The notes under the pieces were generated by a model. It was not told the origin of the DNA and did not search any database. It worked only from the letters and a program-made list of their open reading frames with translations. A DNA stretch of 64,000 nt from Azolla caroliniana (taxonomy: Eukaryota > Plantae > Polypodiophyta): NCBI GenBank assembly GCA_043228905.1, contig JBHGNT010000015.1:19034001-19098000 (forward strand), in the 5' to 3' direction. The position numbers and the translations under genes were made by a program. Below, in pieces: positions 1 to 12,999 of the stretch. Positions within the stretch are counted from its first letter, which is position 1; each line of letters starts with the position of its first letter.

Positions 1-429
1 CTTTTCATTGCTATCTATATTCTCTGGAACTCCATCTCCAGTGCTTAACCTCTTCAAATCACACGCAATTATCATGCTTTTCTTCAAATCAATACTTCTA
101 AGCTCATCAAGAGACACAGAATCTCCTGAAAGACCATATGTTCTACTCTCACAAAAATCGATCTTTACAGCTTCGATTTCTATGGCTTCAGATGTATGGC
201 TCTGAAAAGCATAAAAGCACGGGAAAATCTTGATGCCAAAAGGAGGTCGAAAACCTGCAGAAACTGAGAAGTTCGTAGGGTTAAAGAACAACATCCAGAA
301 CGTCTGCGTGAAGGTAACAGGAAAACTACAGAGATATGATTCTGTCAGACTCCCTAGCCATTCCAATCTACAAAACATAGCGACGTCTGAATCTCTAGAA
401 TCTACATTCATTCTTTTGGAAAAGAACAT
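1..429 (-). CDS. Partial ORF of unknown function running off the left edge (>=143 codons)
   Basis: Manual translation: ATG at 429-427 is open to position 1 (MFFSKRMNVDSRD...DLKRLSTGDGVPENIDSNEK). Absent from the ORF track because it has no stop in the window. No recognisable domain. Confidence 0.35.
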   Translation of the reverse strand, partial: MFFSKRMNVDSRDSDVAMFCRLEWLGSLTESYLCSFPVTFTQTFWMLFFNPTNFSVSAGFRPPFGIKIFPCFYAFQSHTSEAIEIEAVKIDFCESRTYGLSGDSVSLDELRSIDLKKSMIIACDLKRLSTGDGVPENIDSNEK

Positions 430-1865
430 ATCCCTTTTTCTCGCTTGAAAACTGTAGAGAGCTGATGCTCTGAGCCTCTACATCCACTCCAGTGAGCAAA
501 GACCATGTCTCTCTCACAACAAGAGATGGTTGATTCCCTCATGATGCATTCCCACTCCAGCAAAGAAAAGAAAGAACGTTTCTCTTGTCTGGAAACTACG
601 GAGATCTGATTCTCTCAAACTCCAAACTCCATGGCAGCGAACGAGAATTTAGAAACTCCATCTGTCTCTGTCTCTGTCTCTGTCTCTGTGTCTCCATGAC
701 CTTCGCGATGGAACGGGAACCTATCTGCCCCCGTCTATTCTGTCTCTGTCTCTGTCACTGTCTACCTCCATAGCCGTTCTGTACAGAGCAGAGGGAAGGA
801 GGGGTATTTTTGTAAATAACTAAAACCTCATAGAATAAACCTTTTGTGTGAAATATGTATATATGTATATATGTATGTAAACTCTAGGGGTATAAGTGGT
901 ATATGTATATAGTATGTATATGTTGTATAGATAAGATCAATATTACATTTTTGAAAGCATGAAGCAAAGCCTTGTTTGTTCTTTTTACATTTGGTGAGAG
1001 TCTAGATTTGGTTGAGCTAGAATCTAATGTAAACATGAAAATAAGAAAATTAATAGAGACTTTGAGAAAGAAAGAAAGATATATTAACATTTTCTAAGAC
1101 CAAGAGAGAGAGAGAAGGGTGTTGATCCACCTGACCACCCCTAAAGCAAAGGGATCGAGAGAGGCTCTAGTAATCTAACGTAAACATGAAAATAAGAAAT
1201 TATAGAGGCAGAGAGAGGAAGAGAAGGGTGTCGATCCACCCTAGAGCAACGGGGTCGACACAAACTCTGTCATGGAGTGTCATTCAGGTCTCAAGTTTCT
1301 GTCAATCTTGTTGCTCGAGGGTGCAAAGGTATGGTATTGATCTTATATTGGGCTTTGAGTTGATATAGGCATGTGCTCACTATGAGAGTATATTCATCAC
1401 AATCTCAACATAGTCAAATGATCCCCCGATGAGGTTAGTTAGGCCTTGTATTTATAACCAGACTTAAGCCCCCAAGAAGAGTTTATACTTGGCCCTTAAG
1501 GGTTGTCTCGATCCCTATGATTATAAGTACTCTTCCCTTCTTTACATTCTCAACTAATCCTCACACTCCCTACTCTCGTGTGTAGAAGACGCAAACACCC
1601 ACGGGATAAGTTATGGTTATGCGTGTAACAAGATTATTGACCACATGAGAATTAAGATTAAGTACATCACATTTTAAGAAAAAACACAAGCAAGGTTGAG
1701 GTATTTGGAGCATATACCCAATCAACAAAGTCTTCAATGGAGTAAAGGGATCGTACATTAGCTCAACAAGCCTTGATATAGTTTCAATAAAAATCCAGCT
1801 CTTGGTCGTGGGCAATGTGGAATCAACTGACCAAAGCTTTTAAAGTAGTTTGAGGACTAGTCAAT

Positions 1866-2517
1866 AGAAGCTTTAGATACCTATCGGCTATGCCATTTGT
1901 CATTGTCTGTAAGTAAGATCGCGACAAGTGGATAAAGCTCCCAATTTGATCAATTGGGCTTCGTATAGAAGCATAAGATGCCTATCGGTTATGGTATTAG
2001 GAACTGTAAGTAGGATCGTGACAAGTGGATAAAGCTCCCAATCAGATCAATTGGGCTTCATATAGAAGCATAAGATGCCTATCGGCTATGCCATTTGTCA
2101 CTGCAAAGTAGGATCATGATAAGTGAATAAAGCTCCCAATCCGATCAATTGGGCTTCATATAGAAGCATAAGATGCCTATTGGCTATGCCATCTGTCACT
2201 GTAAGTAGGATTGTGACAAGTGGATAAAGCTCCCAATCCGATCAATTGGGCTTCATATAGAAGCATAAGATGCCTATTGGCTATGCCATCTATCAGTGTA
2301 AGTAGGATCATGACAAGTGGATAAAGCTCCCAATCCGATCAATTGGGCTTAATATAGAAGCATAAGATGCCTATCGGCTATGCCATCTATCACTGTAAGT
2401 AGGATCGTGAGAAGTGGATAAAGCTCCCAGTATGATCATTTGGGCTTCAAACAGAAGCATTAGATGCCTATCGGCTGCTTTCTATGAGTAGGATTGTGAC
2501 ATGTGGACAAAGCTCCT
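1866..2517. repeat. ~97-bp tandem repeat, about 6.5-7 copies
   Basis: The anchor (g)ataaagctccc recurs at 1931, 2028, 2126, 2223, 2320, 2417 and, degenerate, at 2506. Whole units are homologous. Confidence 0.95.
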
Positions 2518-2799
2518 TGGGGAGATTCGATCGAATCGGGGTTTCCGAACAGGGAGTGCTTTGTAGCCTGACCAATCGGCGACCGAGCCTTTGGGCCGTC
2601 CAACGCGTGATCCATAGCATGACCTGCTGCTGCTGCCCAACTTCTTTGCCTTATACATGTATATGTGCTTTAGTGTGGAACCGAGGTGGCCCGAGAAAGG
2701 GGTCTATATATGTAATTTCGGAGAAAACAAGAACAAATCGACCTGGCTATTTATTTATTTCCAGTTTTTCCAATTAATAAATCACACGATAACAAACCA

Positions 2800-2990
2800 A
2801 TAATTAGTAACTAGTAATTAGTTATTAGTAATTAGCAATCAACAGATAACAATCAAGTAATTAATAGTTAAAAATCAAGTAATTAATAGTTAACAACCAA
2901 GTAATTAATAGTGAACAGTCAAGTAATTAATAGATTAATAGTGAATAGTCAAGTAATTAATAGTGAATAGTTAATAATTAGTAATAATAG
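2800..2990. repeat. AT-rich degenerate ~21-bp tandem repeat (caagtaattaatagt core)
   Basis: caagtaattaatag occurs about five times between 2854 and 2965. Confidence 0.8.
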
Positions 2991-4714
2991 ATACGGGCGA
3001 GGAACCTTGGCTATGGCTTCATCTTCATCTTCAGAAAAGATCCCCGTCCTTTGTAATGTAATCCTTCATTTCTTCTGCTCAGATTCATCCATGGAATCCC
3101 GACCTTTCAGCAATGGCCCCCTTTTGCTCCGATCAGAAAGGTCTTCATCCGGTCTTGTAACCTGTTTCTTCTCTTCTGCTTCGATTCATCCATGAGAACC
3201 TTCATCTTCCTTTCCACCTGATCTCTTAGCAATGGTTACTTGCCCCGATCAGACAGCAATTCATCATCCCGTAGTCAGTCGTTCCTCTTGCTCCTACTCA
3301 TCCATTACATCTCTCAAATTTTTTTATTTTTTTTCTGATGAAACCTTCATCTTTTAGCAAAATGATGTTTTCTTGATCCGTTCAGAAAGATCTCCATCCT
3401 GTATGTTATCAGTCACTTGTTCGGCACAGATTCATCCATTACACCTTTCATTTTCTCTGATGTAATCTTCTTCATCTTCAATACATAGGTAGCACAGCTT
3501 TCATTTACCTTTCATTTTTCTTTATTCGTTGATCATTTGATGCCAAAAACAAAACTATTCGATTTTAATGTTTTTTCATCCTAATGCTTCGTCAGATAAT
3601 CTGATGAGCTATTTATGAAATAACGATTTCTTGCTCTTACCAGAATCAGAAGCTTACATTTCATGGATATTTCTTTGTGCAGTTTTAAGAAGCAATCCGA
3701 TTCATATTTCCAGTAAATCTTGAAGCTTTTTTCAATCAATCTTCATCAAAATATATCTATATAATTGGTAATAACCTAACTTTCCTGCCTTTTCCTATTT
3801 TTGGTTTCTTCTTCTGGGCTGTTTTCTGGATATGGCTACCTTGAGAAACAGAAAACAACCTGGAAATGTATGCATTTGATCTATTCTCATCGACATTCTT
3901 GTTCTTATTTTAGAGGATATTCGTCATAATATTTGGCCTTCTTTATTCCTCATTTCCGCTGCACTAAGAAATGTATAAATTCATCCATTAAACTCGCAAA
4001 CCTTTATCATCAGCATTACAGGTAACAAAAATTCCCTTTTCCTTTCCTTCCCAGTTGACCCTTGCTGTACCAGAAGTTAAAACCTCATGGTGTCTCAGTT
4101 TTTATACATGAGGGCCTACATTTCAAATTCCAGAATGTTAAAAACAATTGCCTGGAAATTTAAGGGTTTTGATCTGTTTTCCTCTCTATTCACAGTGAAT
4201 CTGAACTTTGCATCTCATGTTATGTCCTTTCTAGTTTATATTTTCAAGAAGGGGTCGTCATTTCTATCTAATCATCAAGCTTTCTTCAACCTATCGTCGT
4301 CATTCACAGGTAACCAACCTTTTGTGTTCCTTACCATCTATCCTTCTTATGCCAGAATTTGCACCCACCACGGGTTTCTTTTCTGCCAAAATTACGAAAT
4401 GAAGAATTTATAATAAAAAACATTAAAATTTAAGCATTTGATGCTCCAATATTATCAGCCTTAATTCAACTCAAAAAACTATTTTGTCCTATATTACCTC
4501 TTTGGTGATCCATTATCAGAGGCCTTGATTTAACTTAAACAAACAACACGAAAATTTCCCCATTTGATCTGTGCTCATCAGTCTTTTGTTGATCAGCAGT
4601 CTTGTGCAGAGTAAATCCTAACATCTTGTTTCATTTCAGAGATTGGATACAGTAATAAAATATTTTGCTGTCTTGATTATGCAAGAACAGGAGAATTCCT
4701 CTTTCAATCATCAA

Positions 4715-7700
4715 ATGGCTTTCTTTGGGTCTACAAGCTGTAAGTATCTATGCCATGTGAATCATGCTTGTTTTTGCACTCACTCACACGATTCGTTAAA
4801 AAATCACAGTTGATCAAATCCCCCATTGGGAGATCTGCATGGACCTCAGAGGATGATAGTAAAGTGACCATTTTACTATTCTTTTGCAGCCGACTTTGTA
4901 TATAATTTATTTTATGGATTTGGGCCTAGTAAGGCTGTAACATGATATGATGGTTAGAGGCTCGTTATTTCAAATTTAAAAACTGCACATAAGAAAACCA
5001 CAACCTGGTTAATTAGCATCATGTGTAAATCTCTTCCGTACCAATTTTTTTGTGAAGTTAAACTTCAATTATGTAATCAGCCTTGATGATGTACCATATA
5101 TGACTGGTTGAGCCAACTAAGAATCTGAAATAAAGAATACCGGAACTATCGTGATTTTTATTATATTAGCATTAAAAGAACAAAGAATCTCCAAACAAGT
5201 GAATGACACAATTGTTACCATCACAATTCACAAAAACTCTCAAGGATCTGTGTTGCTTCAAATGTCTGGATCAAGAGATCTGAGTTCACTAACTTTGGAT
5301 GTACATATTTAGTCTGATGGCACAAAACAATTAATATTCACGACCAGTGTTTAGGAACTGCTTCGAAAAAGTCATAATGCTCTTGGAGTTGCATCTTATT
5401 TACAATCCTCCCATCATAAAGCACACTCTAGTAATTCTTTTGGACTGCTATATACAAAGTGATAATATTTCCAAGCTATTAATAATGGAAGTTTATTCTC
5501 GATTTCCAGCTTTTGGATCATCAACAGTTAGTCCCTTTGGAGGGGTGACACCTGCAAATCCATTTGCAACAACAGCACCAAGTGCCTTTGGGGCCAGCCA
5601 AGGCACATCTATATTCGGATCAACACCTATTGAAAACCCTAGTTTTGGGTCTCAGACAGGTAGCTCTCTCTTTGGAGGGACAACCTGCGTATTTGGAGCC
5701 ACTCAAGCTTCACAGTTTGGTTCTTCAACTCCAGCATTTGGTGCGTCCTCAGCGCCTTTATTTGGATCAGGTTTAAATCAACGGAAAACAACTCTGAAAT
5801 ACCTCCCCACCTCCCTGTTTTATTACTTTCCCAAGTGCCCTTATTTTTAAATTATTTCATCAAATATCATGGATCAAACCTGAAAGAGCAATTACATGGC
5901 AGTCAGCCCCTTTTTCTTCTTTTGGAACTGACCAAGGGTCCTGGGAAATAACAGAACCTCTTGGGCATTTCATTTGGGGAAATAAATAAAAAACGCAAGG
6001 GTATTTCAAACTTTTTCCCTTAAATCAATTGCTAGTATTATGCCCCAACAGTCATGAAGTAATAATCAGTATTCGGAATTAAATTGTCTTCATTTACATT
6101 TATCTCTCTTTTTTTCCAGGTTCATCTACATTTGGGCAGAAAACTACAACCACGTTTGGGGGGCTTGGCTCAGCCACAACACAAGTTAATCCCTTTGGAA
6201 GTACAACATCTGGGCAGTCTCAACCTACATTTGGCATTCCAACAACTAATGCCTTTGGTGCCTCACCAAGTCCTGCTTTTGGAACTACTTCATCTTTATT
6301 TAGCAGCAGCACTTCTCTTTTTGGACAGTCTACTTCTCTGTTTGGAAGTAGTACAAGTTCAACATCTGGGTTTGGAACTGGGGTTTCTCCCTTTGGAACA
6401 TCAAATGCGCCTGCATTTGGTATGGTCAATGTATAATCTCCAACAATTCATATGGATGTCTGTATTGCATGTATACATTAGCACATACACACCCATACAC
6501 ATGCATGTAAGTGGTAAAAATATATCTGTCTTAACTTTCAGGTTCTTCGTCAATGTTTCCGACCTGTAGTTTTGGCCCATCTACTTTTGGTAGCCAACGT
6601 CCTGGTAGTAGAAGAGCTCCATATTCTGTAACAAATGATGCAGAGTCTGGGGTTAGTGGTCAACCCGGGAAATTCACGTCTGTATGTGCTATGCTTACTT
6701 ATAAGGATAAATCACATGAGGAATTGAGATGGGAAGATTATCAAGCTGGGGATAAAGGTTGGTTTGTTTCAACTTTTTATTTATGCTTCTTTGTAGTTTG
6801 TTAGCGAAAGATTCAGTACATGTGAGGGGGATGGGTGACTTCTTAATCATAATTAGTTTATTTATCAAGACAAATATTTTAATTGACTTTTTTAACTTAT
6901 TTAGATGGTTAAAATAACATTAGGATAATGCATACTATGTGCCCCGTGAGGTTACCATCTACTTTTTAGAAAGATGTAAGGAAAAGCTTTGGAACACCTT
7001 AATTTTTCTTTATTTCATCAAATGCACCTGATCAATCCTTAAAACAGAGAGAAAGGGGTTGGATTGACCATATAGCTACTTGAGGTTGATCAAGGGCATT
7101 TGGTAATGATGAAAAAATTACAGGAAAAACTCAGGGATATTTTAGAGTTTTCCCAAAATATATATTAGTCATTGATAGACAATTGGTTTGTTAAATATAG
7201 GTGGTTTGAGTCCAATTATACAGCAGGCAAGGAGTGGAATGTTTGGGCAAATTGCACTGACAACAACACCAAGTCCATTTGCTTCGACAACTACCAGTAT
7301 ATTTGGTCCTAAACTTGTAGGAGGATCACTTGGGATGTCTACTAATGGTGGAGGAATCACTTCTCCATTTGGAAATCTTTCAACTAGTTCTACTTTCGGT
7401 CAATCAAGCTCATCAGCCTTTGGAATCTCTTCATCCCTTGGAGCTGCCAGCACTCCTAGTTTGGCATTGTCAGGTTTTGGGATTACCACTTTTGGAAGCA
7501 AGTGTCGTTATTTCCATCTTCATTCTTATTGCTATCATTCTAGTATTTTTCTTTTGTACTGCATCTGGTAGTGGAGAGAACCACAGCGTTGTACATCTAA
7601 TTCATCTCATAAGGCTGATTTTGGTCTTTAATAGAGGTTTAGTTTAAACTGTTTCTTTCTTTCTTCATCTTCAGGCATGTTTGGTAACAGCAGTTCAATA

Positions 7701-10700
7701 TTTGGTTCGAGTCCATTTGCACCAAGTCAAACAAATGGTGCTCTTTTTTCAAGCCCAACAGAAGCATTGGGTTCAACTTTATTCGGAAATTCATCAGCCA
7801 TTCAAACTCCAAAGCTAGTAGGTTTTCATCCCTTATTTTTTTTAATGGGTAAAACACCCTAACATGTTGGGTAATACCAGAGTATCCCCAAGCTCAAAAA
7901 GATTACCAGAATACTCCAATGTGATACAAAAGCTATTAATACAGAGAACCATTCTGGTGATTATCTAAGATCCAGATGTTCTGGTAGATATCCAAAAAGT
8001 GTTCTAGTGTTCTGGATATTTTGTCCTTTTCAGGAATTACTATGTATGGACATATTTTTTATATTATTATAAAACTCTCAGCATGGTTATTTATTTGGTG
8101 GCTTCCAGAGTAACCCACAATTACAAACTATGGGGGGGTTTAGCTTCCCATCTTTTTCAGAGTCTCAGCCAGGTTTTCAAGAATGATAAAAATGGGTTTG
8201 TTCATTTACTTGCTTCCATAATAGCACCTTGGTGGCAACGTATGCTTTTTGTTACTTCTATGCAGCTGCTGGCGTGTTTGGAATATCATCTACCCCAGGA
8301 ACAAATACAACTTTTGCCCAACAGTAAGAATTTGTATGTGTGTTCTTTTATATGCTTGAATATTATCTTTCTAAGCATATGCTTTCCTTTCGTTAAACTT
8401 TTCAAGAAATTTCATGTATGTTTCTTTGTATGCTTGAATATGTCATTGGTGCTTTTAAAGCATAAGATTTTCCTTTTTTCCAAGATTCCTCAACTCTGTC
8501 TCTTTATATGCTTGAATTCGTCATTTGTCGTCTGTAGGCATAGTGGTTCTCCCTCTTTTCAAGAACTTTCATCTACGCCTCTTTATATGCATGAATATGT
8601 CATTGGTTTTCTCTAAACCATATGCCTTTCCTTCATTTCAAGAAACTTCCATTGGCTTTTTGTGCTTGAATATGTCATTGGTCCTCTCTGAGCACATGCT
8701 TTCCTTTTTTTTTCCATTTTTCCTCAGGCCTACTATCCTTGTGCCTACAAGCAGCCCATTTGGAAGCCCACCTTCAGTACCTCAGGTGTCCATTGATCAG
8801 AGTGCTGTTACAGGTCCATCAGTACAGTGTGGTATATCTAGCCTTCCAGTAAGTAACCTTTTCCTTCTTTTGCTTAGTAATATGGAACTGAACACAATAT
8901 GATCATTATTCATCTTTATTCCAAGGTGGTATTTCTAGCCTTCCAGCAAGTACATTTTCCTTGTGCTTAGACATGCTAAAACATAATATCGTTACATTTT
9001 TTATTTTGAGGTTTCTGAAAACCCCACCCCAATGCGAAGTACTTCACTTTTGACTCCAAGACATATGATTCAAAGTTCGAGGATCCGGATGCAATCACGG
9101 CGACATCATCCTCGTAAAGATAGCTCGAAGGTAGCACCAAAGGCTAATGAAATCCATATTTTTGCATTTCTAATAATTTACATAACTTTAGATTGTGGCC
9201 AGGAAATGTCTAATGGCAATGGGATCCTTAGTTTTACCTTCTGATATCATTATACATACTCAAAATGTCAACGTTTGGTAGGTTTCCACCTTTAATGAAG
9301 GTGAGGAATTACCCAAGGCAGATTCCTTTGTTCCAAGGGAGACCCTAGAGAACCCAAGGGCTTTGTTTGTCAATGAGAAACCGGATCACTCTCCAATCAG
9401 TACTACTAGTGCAAGCATGATTCCTGAAGCCATTTCTACGTCTGCAGAGCAAGGTGGAGTCCTGAGTTTTATATTTGAATAGTTTCAAGTAAGGGTAGAT
9501 TTTGATGTTTGATTGTATGCATGGATGAACTTTTGATCTTTTGATTTAGTCTAAGATTCATTGATTTCTCTGGAGAAGAACTCCAAAAAGCCTTTTGAGT
9601 CTTTTGTATTATTCTGAATGCTGTTGGTCAACCCTCTCTTTAGAGGGAGGAGGGGCATCTCCCAAGTGAAGGACAAGAGGACATAAAATACCATGGTGTC
9701 TCATACCACAAAATATTATATAATGCTATCCCTTGGATGTTGAGACATACGGATCAGAAAGAAGACATTGCTGCCTCACCAATAGAGGAGTCTTGACAGC
9801 GTCTCAAGATGCCTTGATGAAGGGGATAGCTAGTCCCTTTACATAGGCCAACACCACCTTTGGCTCCCAAACCACCAAGTGTTTCCACATGTCATAGATC
9901 TTTATGGGTTTTTTCCATAGGATAACTGGTTTCCCACTTATCCTACCCTTCAACCATTAAAATTACCTTTAGAATTGTTCTTTAAAGTTATGCTTATAAT
10001 AGGGGGGCTGACTGAGACCATTTGTAATGGCACATAAATTCAGAAAACAGGGATGAATTAGTCATATAATTTGCTCAAATAACACATTATTATTTGAGGG
10101 TTGCTGACTGAAGGCATTCAGTGAAATAATAAAAACATAGGCGTTTGAGGAAACAAAGAGAAACTTGGATCATTCTGGAAATATTATCTTTAATACATCC
10201 ACAATTTCAAGAAAGAAAGAAAGCTATATTAATGTCTTTTAGGAGTTCAATTGGCATAAAAGATCGAACACCTTTGAGATCAAGCAATCAAAATCAAAAT
10301 AACTAAAATAGGGTACTTAAAAAACTATACAATTGTGAACTTAGATAGACTGAAACCTCTGCCATTGAAAACTATCCATCATAGCGCTGCTCCAAGATGA
10401 AGACATTTCTGAAGTGAGGGAAGCACCTTCGGCACAAGGTGATAATGGCCTTTATTTGTTGATGACAAGTGTGACAAGAGAAACTACTATGGATACCATT
10501 TCTTAATATCTTATGTTATTTTCAGTAGGTTTCATCAGGGAATAGAATGTCCTAATATCTTACATTTTATTTATAGGAATTGGAGCAACAGAGGAGATTA
10601 ATTGGCAACCTAGAAGTACAAAATGTAAGTTATACTTCGTTTGGGAAGGCAGTGATTTTGATTCATGAATTATGAACACTAAAAGAATCTCATTCACTAA

Positions 10701-11384
10701 ACTGAACTGTGCAATGCAGCTTCTCCACAATTTGGTTCAGGATCTTCTGCAATCATATCAGAGTACCCAATTGAAGAAACGGTAACATTGCCAAAGGCTT
10801 CAACAAAACAAAGTGTGGAGCATATCCATAGGGGAAATGGATATATCTCTATGATGGGTCATCGGGCAGGAGAAGCAGCAGTTGCGTATGAACATGGCGC
10901 AGATATTGAAGCTGTCATGCCTAAGTTAAGACATCCTGACTACTATATTCAACCTAGAATACAAGAACTGGCTGCTAAAGAACGCGCTGAACCTGGTTAC
11001 TGCCGCCGTGTGAAGAATTTTGTTGTCGGAAGACATGGATATGGTTTTATTGAGTTCTTAGGGGAGACTGATGTTAGAGGGCTTGATATAGAGAGCATAA
11101 TACAGTTTAACAAATGTGAGGTTCTTGTATATATGGATGAAAGTAGAAAACCTCCTCCCGGAATGGGCTTAAATAAATCTGCTGAAATTACACTATGGAA
11201 TGTGAAATGTGTTGATAAGAAGACAGGTCAGCATCTACATGATGGGCCAGAAGTAGAAAAGTTTGTGAGAAGACTAGAGAAGAAAACGGAGGATCAAGGT
11301 GCTGAAATTCTATCATATGATGCAGCTAAAGGAGAGTGGCACTTTCGTGTTAAGCATTTCAGTAAATACTCACTTGAAGAATGA
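4715..11384 (+). CDS. NUP98: Nucleoporin Nup98-like (FG repeats, GLEBS motif, C-terminal autoproteolytic domain), ~13 exons
   Basis: Phase-compatible exons 4715-4739, 5510-5770, 6120-6419, 6542-6757, 7201-~7497, 7675-~7821, 8266-8323, 8728-8848, 9011-9130, 9282-9453, 10385-10438, 10577-10624, 10720-11384. Many (P/S/T)FG repeats. GLEBS-like [22 protein letters not shown]-terminal [10 protein letters not shown]...FVVGRHGYG...[11 protein letters not shown]. Two donor sites are uncertain. Confidence 0.9.
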
Positions 11385-12148
11385 ATTATCTCTTGATCTT
11401 TCTGGATGGACGAACCATGGCTTAGGAGAAGAGATTTGTGTGGTCTTTTTCTTTGGAAGAATTTGCAATGTATGGTTTTTTCTGTTTTCTATTTTCAGCA
11501 GAATGTGAAGTGCCTTGCTTTGCAGGGTCCCTAAACTCCAGATTTTTCACGGGGGCCACTTAGATTTGTTGTAAATATGGAAAAATTGAAATAAAAAGTC
11601 ACTGGTTCTGGTGGCTTATGCATATCTTGTGCTTGAGATGACCTCAGAAGCCTTTATAATTTGGACATTTTGTTTGGGATCATCTGTTTGATCTTGATTA
11701 TGTTACAATTGAGTATGTTGCAGCTCAATCGCAAGCATGTTATGTGCATAGGGCTGAAGTGATTGTCTACAATCCAGAGCTTTGCCCAAGGGTCAGCATG
11801 TGTGAACATTAGAATTAGTGGCTCTTGAGACTGAAAGGTAGAACACTTTCTTGTCCTCACATATGGTTTTATTGAACATTAGTGGCTTTCTTGCATTTTC
11901 TTAGCATCCACCTTCTCAAGATATTGTTCAACTTCGGAATGGTACAGTGTACACTAATTAATCACAACTCTCTGTTGGGACTTTTAAGAATCCTATTTAT
12001 CGCAATGCTATATTATATTCTTAACTTATTGTTCAACTTCGGATATGCCAAGTGCAAACCAATCATGACCTTGTTCAATAGGACCTTTTAATAATCTTAT
12101 CATCCCAATGCCATTAATATATTGTCAATATATTATTCAAGTTTGGAA

Positions 12149-12640
12149 TTGCAAAGTGCAAACTAATTGTGAACCTAGCAAATTGGAACTTGCAGTTGTA
12201 AGCAGTTTCTAGATTCATCATTTGTGATCCTATTGAGTATGATCAATTTGTTGGTCACCCACTTTGACATCAGCTACATTATCAATCTCAATAGCTAGCT
12301 CATGCAAACACATGATGACACCCACTTTGACATCAACTACATTATCAATCTCAATAGCTAGCTCATGCAAACACATGATGACACCCACTTTGACATCAGC
12401 TACATTATCAATCTCAATAGCTAGCTCATGCAAACACATGATGACATACACCTCGATTAGTTTGCAAAGTGCAAACTAATTGTGAACCTAGCAAATTGGA
12501 TCTTGCAGTTGCAAGCAGTTTTCCAGATTCATCATTTGTGATCCTATTGAGTATGATCAATTTGTTGGTCACCCACTTTGACATCAGCTACATTATCAAT
12601 CTCAATAGCTAGCTCATGCAAACACATGATGACATACACC
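12149..12640. repeat. Nested duplication: three 63-bp tandem units within a ~310-bp-period direct duplication
   Basis: cccactttgacatcagctacattatcaatctcaatagctagctcatgcaaacacatgatgaca x3 (~12258-12447) and once more at ~12572. Flank ttgcaaagtgcaaactaattgtgaacctagc at ~12149 and ~12462. Confidence 0.9.
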
Positions 12641-12999
12641 TCGTTTATGGTAAGGGAATAATGTAGTTTGTTAGTGGCATCATTTGCATTTATATCCTCC
12701 ATGAAGCGGTCATCTTGATCTTGCCACATGCCACATGACTACATAGATTTTGCTAAGCAAGTAATGTGATATGTTAGTGGCATTATTGACCTCAAGATCC
12801 TCTATGAAGTTGGCATCTCAATCTTGCTACATAGATATTGATTGGGCTAACAATTCGATGGTTTGACAATCAACATCTACCTTGCCTTTTTATTAGAAAT
12901 GATGCCATCTCTTGGAGCAACATGAAGTAGTATATTGTGGCTTTCTTGAGGATGAGGACATAGATTAACGGTGTCATTATTGTTACATGCCATTTGGCT

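Noticed and set aside
1866-2517. CRISPR-like appearance of palindromic regular repeats (also 56468-56980 and the tRNA array)
   Set aside because: Units are homologous along their whole length with no unique spacers, there are no cas genes, and the context is eukaryotic.
8330-8710. Degenerate ~80-bp repeats and ORFs 8083-8616 and 8525-8902 in a Nup98 intron
   Set aside because: T-rich intronic duplications. Only 8266-8323 and 8728-8848 fit the spliced Nup98 frame.
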